A stretch of 41,193 bases of DNA from Candidatus Xenobia bacterium (lineage in GTDB: Bacteria; Vulcanimicrobiota; Xenobia; RGZZ01; DASYBA01): positions 1-41,193 of the forward strand of contig DASYBA010000090.1 in assembly GCA_036501005.1 (NCBI GenBank). The letters are read 5' to 3'. Below, piece by piece: positions 34,300-41,193 of the stretch; the first letter of the stretch is position 1, and each line of letters starts with the position of its first letter. Made by a program: the position numbers and the translations under genes. Below the pieces are notes generated by a model. That model was not told where the DNA came from. It was given only the letters and a program-made list of their open reading frames with translations, and searched no databases.

Positions 34300-34662
34300 T
34301 CAGACGACCAGGGCGGCGGCGCGAGTTGAGACGATGGTGAGCACCTGATCGAGACGGGTCTTGCTGAGCAGATTCAAATACCGCGTGTTGCTGACGACGA
34401 CCACCAGGTGACTGTCCCGGGCCCGCACCGAATGATACACCGAGATCACGAAGCCCAGGCCGCTGGAGTCGATGTGGGTGGCCCCGTCCAGTTCAAGGAT
34501 GTAGTCGGTCAGCCCATCGTCGATGTATTGGTGGAAGTCATGCGACATCTCGGGCGCGGAGTAGTAGTCGAGCGCTCCTACGACCGTCAGAAGGCAGCGG
34601 GTTGGGGATAGTCGGGTGCCGACCAGTCGGGCCTCCGATTTTTCAGGAACAGGCATTTCCAT
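34300..34662 (-). CDS. STAS-domain protein (anti-sigma-factor antagonist, SpoIIAA/RsbV-like)
   Basis: LDGATHIDSSGLGFVISVY with the conserved phosphorylatable Ser in DSSGLG. About 120 aa from the ATG at 34662. The ORF-track start at 34692 is also possible. Confidence 0.8.
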   Translation of the reverse strand: MEMPVPEKSEARLVGTRLSPTRCLLTVVGALDYYSAPEMSHDFHQYIDDGLTDYILELDGATHIDSSGLGFVISVYHSVRARDSHLVVVVSNTRYLNLLSKTRLDQVLTIVSTRAAALVV

Positions 34663-34811
34663 GTTGGGTCCGTGCAGAGTCCCCCTCTGCACTGACTACC
34701 CATAAATCAGTCGTGCCAAACGACCTTAAGACAATTTAGCCTCATCACTGCGCCGATGGCCGCGAATCCCCGTCGATAGGATCGGGTCGCCCGCTTATCC
34801 AACCTTGAGGT

Positions 34812-35375
34812 ATGAAAGCATGGATGGGTTGGCTAGTCGTCTTCCTGCTCGCGCTGGGCGGCGGTCTGGCGTGGTATTATCCCAAGCTGCAGTACCAGGC
34901 CGGCTACGCCAAGGGGGTGGAGGCGGCCAAATCGACCCGTGCGCCCGACGCGCCGCAGGTCGACGACCTCATCGCCAAGCTGCAGGCCGATCCCAGCCTC
35001 CTTGACAAGACCCGGGCGTTCCAACAAGGGTTTGCCGACGGACTGCGCTCGGGCTTGTCGGCCAAACTGCCGGGCGCAGCGGCCGGCGCCGATGCCCAAT
35101 ATCAGGTCGGCTACGCCCTCGGCCAGAAGACGGGAAGCTCTCAAGGCAGCCCCGATCCGAAGTTGATCGATACGCTGGTCACCCGCCTGTCGAAGGACCC
35201 CAGCATCCTGCAGAAGACCCAGGAATTCCAACGGGGCTTTGCCGACGGACTGCGCTCCACGCTGCTCGCGAAGATGCCGTCCTCGGGCCGGCCGAGGAAA
35301 CCCCCAGGCCCACCGCACCTCAACCTGCCCAACCCCGCCGGCGGACCTCCCCGGCCGCCCTTCCCACCGCCGTGA
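34812..35375 (+). CDS. membrane-anchored protein with an internal tandem duplication and Pro-rich tail (unknown function)
   Basis: N-terminal TM MKAWMGWLVVFLLALGGGLAWYY. There are two ~65-aa copies of YQxGYAxG...DxLxxxLxxDPSxLxKTxxFQxGFADGLRSxLxAKxP. The alternative ATG at 34824 has better SD spacing. Confidence 0.55.
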   Translation: MKAWMGWLVVFLLALGGGLAWYYPKLQYQAGYAKGVEAAKSTRAPDAPQVDDLIAKLQADPSLLDKTRAFQQGFADGLRSGLSAKLPGAAAGADAQYQVGYALGQKTGSSQGSPDPKLIDTLVTRLSKDPSILQKTQEFQRGFADGLRSTLLAKMPSSGRPRKPPGPPHLNLPNPAGGPPRPPFPPP

Positions 35376-35453
35376 TTTAACACCTCGCACCAAACCCGGT
35401 TACCTTTCCCTAACATGCGGCCTCTATACTGTGCATGGCACAGGAGGAGAGGC

Positions 35454-36380
35454 ATGCAAGCGATAGGACAGAACGCCCACCGCTCGATACAGGTCGCCCG
35501 CCAGGTTCCCGGTATTCCAACGGACACGGTTCCCCCCCATCGAGAAGCCGACCCTGCTGAACTGCGAGGCACCTTGTATGCCATCCAACCCAACGGCAGC
35601 GACGCCACCGTTCTCAAGCACAACGGCGAGACGCGTCCGGACGGCCACGACATTCCCGACGACGCTGTCGTCAACCACCGCGTCATCCTCCTGACCGAGG
35701 GCATTGGCGACGACATCCAAGATTACACCAGGCTCATGCGCGGCCTCATGCAGTCGACAGACCAGCCTTTCGACATCAACGTCCATCAGCCGCTGCTCTC
35801 CATCCACGAAGGCACCAGCGCCAAGGGCGACAAGGACGTCGAGCGCATCGCCCACGACATCCTGCTGGTCAAGAGGCTCGAACGAGGGGACAGAGTCGAT
35901 CCCGCGCATGCCTTCAAGGTGGACCCTGCGGTCCAGACCATCGTCAACGTGGTTCGACAAGGCCTCGATGCCGGGCACGACATGCTGCTCGTCCCCCACA
36001 GCGGCGGCGGCCCGGAGAACGCCCTGGCCCTGCATCTCCTGGCCCAGGAGGGGTATAAGGACGCTATCGGACAGCACGTGCGGGTGCTCTCGCTGGCCGG
36101 TGTATTGACGCCCACAGATTACCACCAGGCCGGGGTCAAGCCCGGCCACGTCTACTATACGGCCGACCACCGCGACGCCATCGGCGGCCTGGGCACCATC
36201 TATATCGATCCGGACAAGCCGGACAGTATCATCCATGCGGCCGAGGAGATGAAGAAGAACGCCCACAATCATCCCACGTACCACAACAACGACGACAACT
36301 TCCGCGACAACACGAAGAACGGCCACAACCAGATCGTCGACTTCATCAACGGGGGTCCGGGCGGCACGTACATCTGGTAA
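35454..36380 (+). CDS. hypothetical protein, possibly alpha/beta-hydrolase-like (PHSGGG elbow), with Asn/His/Asp-rich C-terminus
   Basis: ATG at 35454 directly after AGGAGGAGAGG. VILLTEGIG and MLLVPHSGGGPENALAL resemble oxyanion and nucleophile-elbow segments. No signal peptide. TAA abuts the convergent kinase stop codon. Confidence 0.45.
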   Translation: MQAIGQNAHRSIQVARQVPGIPTDTVPPHREADPAELRGTLYAIQPNGSDATVLKHNGETRPDGHDIPDDAVVNHRVILLTEGIGDDIQDYTRLMRGLMQSTDQPFDINVHQPLLSIHEGTSAKGDKDVERIAHDILLVKRLERGDRVDPAHAFKVDPAVQTIVNVVRQGLDAGHDMLLVPHSGGGPENALALHLLAQEGYKDAIGQHVRVLSLAGVLTPTDYHQAGVKPGHVYYTADHRDAIGGLGTIYIDPDKPDSIIHAAEEMKKNAHNHPTYHNNDDNFRDNTKNGHNQIVDFINGGPGGTYIW

Positions 36381-39300
36381 TCAGTCGTCTTCGTGGGTAC
36401 TCGTCTTCAATAGTTCGGGCGGGCCCGGCCAGGCTGGCGCGACCTGCAACAACCGCTGCCGCACCCCGTCCGGGTTGAGCCAGCCGAAGCCCCAGCAGGA
36501 CAAGGCGTGGTCCAGCCGCGAGAAGTCTTCATCCTGCCAGATCCGATCGGCCAGGGGTCTGACCTGGCGGGGCCGACGAGCCGCCTCCAGGCAGAGGAAC
36601 GCCGACAGGCAGGGCTCGGCCCGCTCATCCCACATGGCCACCGGGTGCGTCTCCAGCTCCCAGTCCAGGTGCCACACCCGCACCACGCCGTCGCTGGCGC
36701 CCGATACCGCGTGGCTGGCATCCTGGTTCAGGCACACCGCCGTGACCGCTCCCCCGTGTCCGGCCAGGCGCATCGGCACCTCATCGGGCGAGTCGACGTT
36801 CCACACCCGCAACGTCCGGTCCCGGCTGCCGCTGACGACGTGACGCCCATCGCAACTCACCGCGACACACAGCACCGACCGAGCGTGGCCTTTCAACACG
36901 GCCTTCTGGCGGCCTCGGACCAGGTCGAACACCTGGACGGTCCCGTCCTCTCCGGCCGACACCGCCGTGCGGCCGTCGGGGGTGAGCACGACCTGGTTCA
37001 CCGCGCCCTGATGCCCCCGCAGCACCTGCATACACTTGCCGGCTCGCACGTCGTAGATGCGCACGCGGCCTCCGCTGGTCGCCAGCGCCAGCACCCGCCC
37101 GTCCGGGGTGATGGCCACTTGCTCGCCCAGGCCCTGGACGTTGGCGGTACAGTTTCCCGTCTCGACATCCCAGACTCGCAAGCGGCCTTCCTGTCCGGCC
37201 GTGACCGCCAGGCGTCCATCCGGCGTCATGCAGAGCCCGCGCACCCGGCGCAGGTGCCCTGCCAGTCGCCGTATCACCTGCTCCCCCGGCACGTCCCACA
37301 CCAGCACGTCCTCGTCGTCGCCGACGGTCAGCGCCCGCTCGCAGTCCTCGCGCAGCACCATGTGGCGAACGGCGGCCTGCTGCCCGGCCAGGGTCATCAT
37401 GCACTCGCCCGTGCCCAGTTGAAAGACGCGCAAGGTGGCGTCTTCGCTGGCCGAGACCAGGTAGTGGCCGCTCCCGTCCAGGCTCAAGGCGGTGATGGGA
37501 CCGTGGTGGCCGGTCAAGGACGCCGTCAACCAGGCCCGCTGCGCCCGCCGGCGCGAGGCGTTGCGCAGCATGGCCGCCCACAGCTCCAGGCAGCGGGGGG
37601 CCCTTTCGTAGCCGGGAACCTGGCGGGCCGCCATGAGGGCCTGCAAGGCCCGGTCCATGTGGCCGGAGGTCCATGCTTCCTCCACCTGTTCCAGCCAGTG
37701 CAAGTACTGCAGGCGGTTGTCCATCAGCTCTGCCGAAGTGCGGGGCCGCACCACCATGGGGGGGGTCTGCGGGGTGTCCCAGGCGAGATGCCAGACCCGC
37801 ACCGCCATGTCGGAACCGGCCGCCAACGCTCGCTCGTCTGTGAGCGCCACGCCGTGCAGCCAACCGGCGCCCGCTCGCATGGTGCGAGCGCAGCGGCCGG
37901 TCTTGACCTCCCACAGGCGCATGCTGGCATCCTCCGAAACGGAGACCGCCCACCGGCCATCCCGAGTCACCGCCACGTCTCGCACCGGCGCCCGGTGCCC
38001 GTGCAAGACGAGGTGGCAGCTCCCCGCCTCCACGTCCCACAACCGCAAGCTGCCGTCGTCGCTGGACGTGATCACCTGGTTCGACAACAGGGCCAGTCCT
38101 CGTATCGGACCCGTGTGTTCCGCCAGATCGTGCACCAGATCGCCGTGCGTCACATCCCACAAGGTCAGCCGGCGATCTTCCGATACTGCAGCCAGCAAGC
38201 CGCCCGACTCGGTGAAACGCAGGCGGGTCACGGCCCCATCGTGGGCGGCTTGCGTTCTGAGCAGCTTGCCGTGCTTGTCGAAAAAGCGTATCGAACCGCC
38301 CTGGCCTCCGGTCGCGACCAGGCGCCCCTGGGCCAACACCGCCACGCTTCGCACCGGTTCCTTGTGCCCGCCCATGGTCGAAATGACCCGCCAGGAGGCC
38401 ACGTCGATGAGGCGGGCCGTGCCGTCCTGCCCGGCGGTTCCGAGCAGCAGGCCGTCGGGCGAGACGACCAGGTCATGGATGGGACCCTGGTGCACTCGCA
38501 AGGATCGGATCATGCGCCCGCTGTCGAAATCCCAGACATGCAGCATGCCGTCGTCGTCGACGGCCGCCACGCGACCCTCCCCGCAGATGGCCACCGCGTT
38601 GAGCGCCGCTGCCCCTCCCGACAGGGTGGCCACCACGTGAAAGCCGCCCTGCGCCTGCTGTCGCACCCGCCCCACCGTCTGCACCGCCAGCGGATCGCCG
38701 AGCGCTTCCCGCTCGGCCGCCATCAGCTCTTCGATGGCCAGGTCCTCATCGCCGCGCTCCTTCTGAATGCACCCGGTCAGATAGCGCACCACCCAGCGAT
38801 CGCTGGGCGCGGTATGCAGCTCCCGCATGCGCTCCAGCAGCGCTTCGTCGGTGATGCGGCCTTGCCGCCAGCGCAACACCTCCCGGTTATAGCAGGCGAA
38901 CAAGTGCCAAGGGTCGGCCAGCACGGCGTCGTCCAGGTAGCGGCGCGCATCGTCCAGCCGCCCCAGGTCCATCATGGAGGCGGCCCGGTTGTTGAGCATG
39001 TCGGCCCGCTGATCGACTTCGCCCGGCCGGGGACGTGGATAGGCAGTGCCATACAAAGCCAGCAGCGTCTGCGCCACCACCGGCACGGTGGGACGCTCCT
39101 CCGGCCGTTCCTGAAAGCACCAACGGAGAAGATTCGATACGGCTTCCGGCATCCACAGGCCGTCGGAGGTGACCTTGTCCAGGAACTCATCCAGCTCGTG
39201 CATGGCGTTCGGCCCATACGAGGGCCAGTGGCGGAGAAACATCTCCAAGACGGTCAGCCCCCATGACCACACATCGGTCGGTTGCCCCACCGGCTGGCCC

Positions 39301-39914
39301 ATCATCTGCTCGGGCGAGGCGTAGGAGGGCGTCGCGGTGACCGAGCCGGTGGCCAGGGTCACGCGGGCGAAGTCGGCCAGCCCGAAGTCGCTGACCTTGG
39401 CCGTGCCGTCGGGCATCATCATGACGTTGGACGTCTTCACATCCTGGTGCACCAGCCCGCTCTGATGGGCGTGTTGGAGACCCCAGGCACATTGGATGGC
39501 GATGTCGAGGATGCGGTGCAGGGCCTCCTCGGGTGTCCCGGCGTACAGGCTGCCGGTGTGCACCCAGTGGGCGAGGTTGCCCCCTGGAACCAGCTCGGTG
39601 AACACCCGGGGCAGCCCGCCGAGAACCCGCACGTAGTGGCACACCACGATGTGCTGGTGCAATCCGAGCCGGACCCAGTGCTGGGCTTCCTTGACGAAGG
39701 TGTCGATGGCCAGAGACGCCATGGACGAGGCCCGCGGGCTCTTGACCGCCAGCTCCAGGTCCCATTCCCGGTGTCGGACCTTGTACACCTTGCCCATGCC
39801 GCCCTCGCCCAGGAGAGCCGTGACCTCATACCGGTCCAGGATGACGTCACCGACGTCCCATTCGGCCGGGACGTCGTCCTCCAGGGTGCGCGAGGAGACC
39901 AGGAGCGGGCGCAT
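36381..39914 (-). CDS. Hanks-type Ser/Thr protein kinase fused to a helical linker and 14 WD40 repeats (two 7-bladed propellers)
   Basis: Kinase motifs GEGGMGKVYKV, AVK, HQDVKTSN (non-RD), DFG and SPE. There are 14 WD40-type blade ends: LHVWD, LTLWD, LRLWD, MRLWE, VRVWH, LRVFQ, VLVWD, LRVWD, VRIYD, VQVFD, LRVWN, VRVWH and others. Confidence 0.9.
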   Translation of the reverse strand: MRPLLVSSRTLEDDVPAEWDVGDVILDRYEVTALLGEGGMGKVYKVRHREWDLELAVKSPRASSMASLAIDTFVKEAQHWVRLGLHQHIVVCHYVRVLGGLPRVFTELVPGGNLAHWVHTGSLYAGTPEEALHRILDIAIQCAWGLQHAHQSGLVHQDVKTSNVMMMPDGTAKVSDFGLADFARVTLATGSVTATPSYASPEQMMGQPVGQPTDVWSWGLTVLEMFLRHWPSYGPNAMHELDEFLDKVTSDGLWMPEAVSNLLRWCFQERPEERPTVPVVAQTLLALYGTAYPRPRPGEVDQRADMLNNRAASMMDLGRLDDARRYLDDAVLADPWHLFACYNREVLRWRQGRITDEALLERMRELHTAPSDRWVVRYLTGCIQKERGDEDLAIEELMAAEREALGDPLAVQTVGRVRQQAQGGFHVVATLSGGAAALNAVAICGEGRVAAVDDDGMLHVWDFDSGRMIRSLRVHQGPIHDLVVSPDGLLLGTAGQDGTARLIDVASWRVISTMGGHKEPVRSVAVLAQGRLVATGGQGGSIRFFDKHGKLLRTQAAHDGAVTRLRFTESGGLLAAVSEDRRLTLWDVTHGDLVHDLAEHTGPIRGLALLSNQVITSSDDGSLRLWDVEAGSCHLVLHGHRAPVRDVAVTRDGRWAVSVSEDASMRLWEVKTGRCARTMRAGAGWLHGVALTDERALAAGSDMAVRVWHLAWDTPQTPPMVVRPRTSAELMDNRLQYLHWLEQVEEAWTSGHMDRALQALMAARQVPGYERAPRCLELWAAMLRNASRRRAQRAWLTASLTGHHGPITALSLDGSGHYLVSASEDATLRVFQLGTGECMMTLAGQQAAVRHMVLREDCERALTVGDDEDVLVWDVPGEQVIRRLAGHLRRVRGLCMTPDGRLAVTAGQEGRLRVWDVETGNCTANVQGLGEQVAITPDGRVLALATSGGRVRIYDVRAGKCMQVLRGHQGAVNQVVLTPDGRTAVSAGEDGTVQVFDLVRGRQKAVLKGHARSVLCVAVSCDGRHVVSGSRDRTLRVWNVDSPDEVPMRLAGHGGAVTAVCLNQDASHAVSGASDGVVRVWHLDWELETHPVAMWDERAEPCLSAFLCLEAARRPRQVRPLADRIWQDEDFSRLDHALSCWGFGWLNPDGVRQRLLQVAPAWPGPPELLKTSTHEDD

Positions 39915-39933
39915 GACAGCCGCCGTTCTGCGG

Positions 39934-40683
39934 CTACCGGCTCAAATTCCTCCACAACGTCCAGGCGACCACGGCAATGCCGATGCCCACCACCAGGGCC
40001 CGGTTGGTGCGAGGGCCGAGACGGCGAGCCAGCCGCACCCCCTGGTATCCGCCCAGGATGGAAGCCAACGTCATGGCCAAGGCGGTCTGCCACTGGACCA
40101 GGCCGCTGACCCCGAAAACGACCACCGCCACACCGTTGATGAGCGCCACCAGAACGTTCTTGACGGCCGTCGCCCGGGGCAGGTGGCGCTCGCCGAGAAA
40201 GCTCAGGGCGGCCAGCGTGAGAATGCCGATGGCGGCCCCGAAGTAGCCGCCGTAGATGCCCACGCCCAACTGGAAGAGCGCCACCAGCGGCCCCGGCATG
40301 GTCCGCCGCGACACATGCTGCACGCCCTGCTGAAAGGCAAACAGGACGGTGGCGAAGAGAATGAGCCAGGGGATGAAAGCCTCAAACCACGTCGACGGGG
40401 TCTTCAAGAGCAGGATGCTGCCGATCAAGCCGCCCACGAAACACGGCAAGGCCAGGCGCAGCAACAAGGGACGCCCGGCGGGCAGATCGGCATGCCCGGC
40501 GACGACCGCGCCCAACGTTCCGGGCCACAACGCGACCGTGCTGGTGGCGTTGGCCTGGCGGGGATCCAGGCCGGCCGCCAGCAGGGCTGAAAACGTGATC
40601 AGCGTGCCACCGCCGGCCACCCCGTTGATGGCCCCGGCGGCGAAGGCGGCCAGCGACAGGACGCCGACCTGGGTCAGGTCCAC
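39934..40683 (-). CDS. TauE/SafE family sulfite/anion exporter
   Basis: Seven to eight TM helices. Typical N-terminus GAINGVAGGGTLITF and internal GIYGGYFGAAIGI blocks. It lies 19 nt upstream of the kinase gene. Confidence 0.8.
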   Translation of the reverse strand: MDLTQVGVLSLAAFAAGAINGVAGGGTLITFSALLAAGLDPRQANATSTVALWPGTLGAVVAGHADLPAGRPLLLRLALPCFVGGLIGSILLLKTPSTWFEAFIPWLILFATVLFAFQQGVQHVSRRTMPGPLVALFQLGVGIYGGYFGAAIGILTLAALSFLGERHLPRATAVKNVLVALINGVAVVVFGVSGLVQWQTALAMTLASILGGYQGVRLARRLGPRTNRALVVGIGIAVVAWTLWRNLSR

Positions 40684-41193
40684 AGGTTGAACAATCTAGG
40701 GGCCAACGCCGACACGTCGCCCCGAGTCCCCCGCCAGATGAGGGCCTGACTCACCGCCTCCCGCAGGAAAGGCAGGGCTTCCTGGGGGCGGGTGCGGGCC
40801 GCCACGGTGTGCGCCAGCACTTCGAGCACGCCCGCTCCGGCGGCCACGACCTCGGGGGTGAAGTGGGCGCCCTCCTGATAGCGGGTCAAGAGCACCAGGC
40901 CGATCGGCAGCGGATCCTGGCCCGGCCGGGTGGGCCGCACCCGCCGTACTTTGCCTCCGGGCTGGCGGAGCGACAGCCAACGGGGCCACGGATGGACCCG
41001 CCCCACCGGATCGATGGCCGCATACTCGTCGGAGTAATACTCTGCCCCGTGCCGCACCAGGTACTCTACCATGGTGCTCTTGCCGCCCTGGCTCGTGGCG
41101 GGGAAGAGCATGGCACGGCCCCGCCACCCGACGACCCCGGCGTGTACCAGGATGCGGTCGACGGCGTGATCGGCCAGGAACGTGCCCAGGTCC
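40674..41193 (-). CDS. HPr-kinase-related / P-loop kinase-like protein, C-terminal part (5' end outside the window)
   Basis: The frame stays open to the window edge (DLGTFLADHAVDRILVHAGVVGWRGRAMLFPATSQGGKSTMVEYL...). The pattern LHA..V...G.A.L..G.SG.GKST is typical of HprK C-terminal-domain-like kinases. It overlaps the TauE start by 10 nt. Confidence 0.45.
   Translation of the reverse strand, partial: DLGTFLADHAVDRILVHAGVVGWRGRAMLFPATSQGGKSTMVEYLVRHGAEYYSDEYAAIDPVGRVHPWPRWLSLRQPGGKVRRVRPTRPGQDPLPIGLVLLTRYQEGAHFTPEVVAAGAGVLEVLAHTVAARTRPQEALPFLREAVSQALIWRGTRGDVSALAPRLFNLWT

Noticed and set aside
36507-39266. 919-aa plus-strand ORF spanning most of the kinase/WD40 locus
   Set aside because: The translation is Arg/Gly/Pro/His-rich low-complexity sequence with no domain motifs. 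The opposite strand encodes clean kinase and WD40 signatures. This is a typical antisense shadow ORF in high-GC DNA.
1-41193. Mobile element, prophage, defence island, CRISPR or tRNA/rRNA content
   Set aside because: I saw no integrase, transposase or recombinase motifs, no terminal inverted or direct repeats flanking a block, no spaced short-repeat arrays, and no tRNA-like T-arm (GGTTCGAATCC-type) sequence outside coding regions. The Uma2-like ORF alone is not evidence of a defence system.

Overview
This is a densely packed, high-GC bacterial chromosomal segment with about 37 protein-coding genes on both strands. I saw no rRNA, tRNA, CRISPR array, transposase, integrase or other clear mobile-element signature. 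Many long 'shadow' ORFs lie antisense to real genes, as expected at this GC content, and I rejected them.

The content mixes housekeeping and metabolic genes with a heavy load of signalling genes. The housekeeping set is:
- fhs (5' partial)
- aminopeptidase P
- PitA-like phosphate transporter
- threonine synthase
- GH13 glucanase
- S53 sedolisin
- acyl-CoA ligase
- LLM/F420-type oxidoreductase
- geranylgeranyl reductase
- UbiD-family decarboxylase
- TauE/SafE exporter

The signalling set is:
- an orphan histidine kinase
- a zinc-ribbon-FHA protein
- a GAF-GGDEF cyclase
- a 938-aa protein with four FHA domains
- a membrane HAMP-GAF-PP2C phosphatase
- a lone STAS protein
- a 1177-aa Ser/Thr kinase with 14 WD40 blades

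The items most worth a second look are:
1. The four-FHA protein and its kinase-less FHA/PP2C/GGDEF neighbourhood.
2. A 391-aa His/Gly/Ala/Val/Asp/Thr-rich protein. It is built from a GKNxW/Y..GKxxVxD motif recurring at multiples of 11 residues, and it is transcribed divergently from a Spy/CpxP-like gene.
3. The Spy/CpxP-like gene's 156-nt structured 3' region. It has a CU-rich tract and one of only two strong intrinsic terminators in the window, which makes it a CpxQ-like sRNA candidate.
4. An alpha/beta-hydrolase whose nucleophile is Cys instead of Ser. It is start/stop-coupled to an acyl-CoA ligase.
5. A free-standing secreted SecD-P1-head-like protein.
6. A 42-codon ORF that falls below the ORF-track length cutoff.

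All functional calls come from reading motifs in the translated ORFs. No database search was run.
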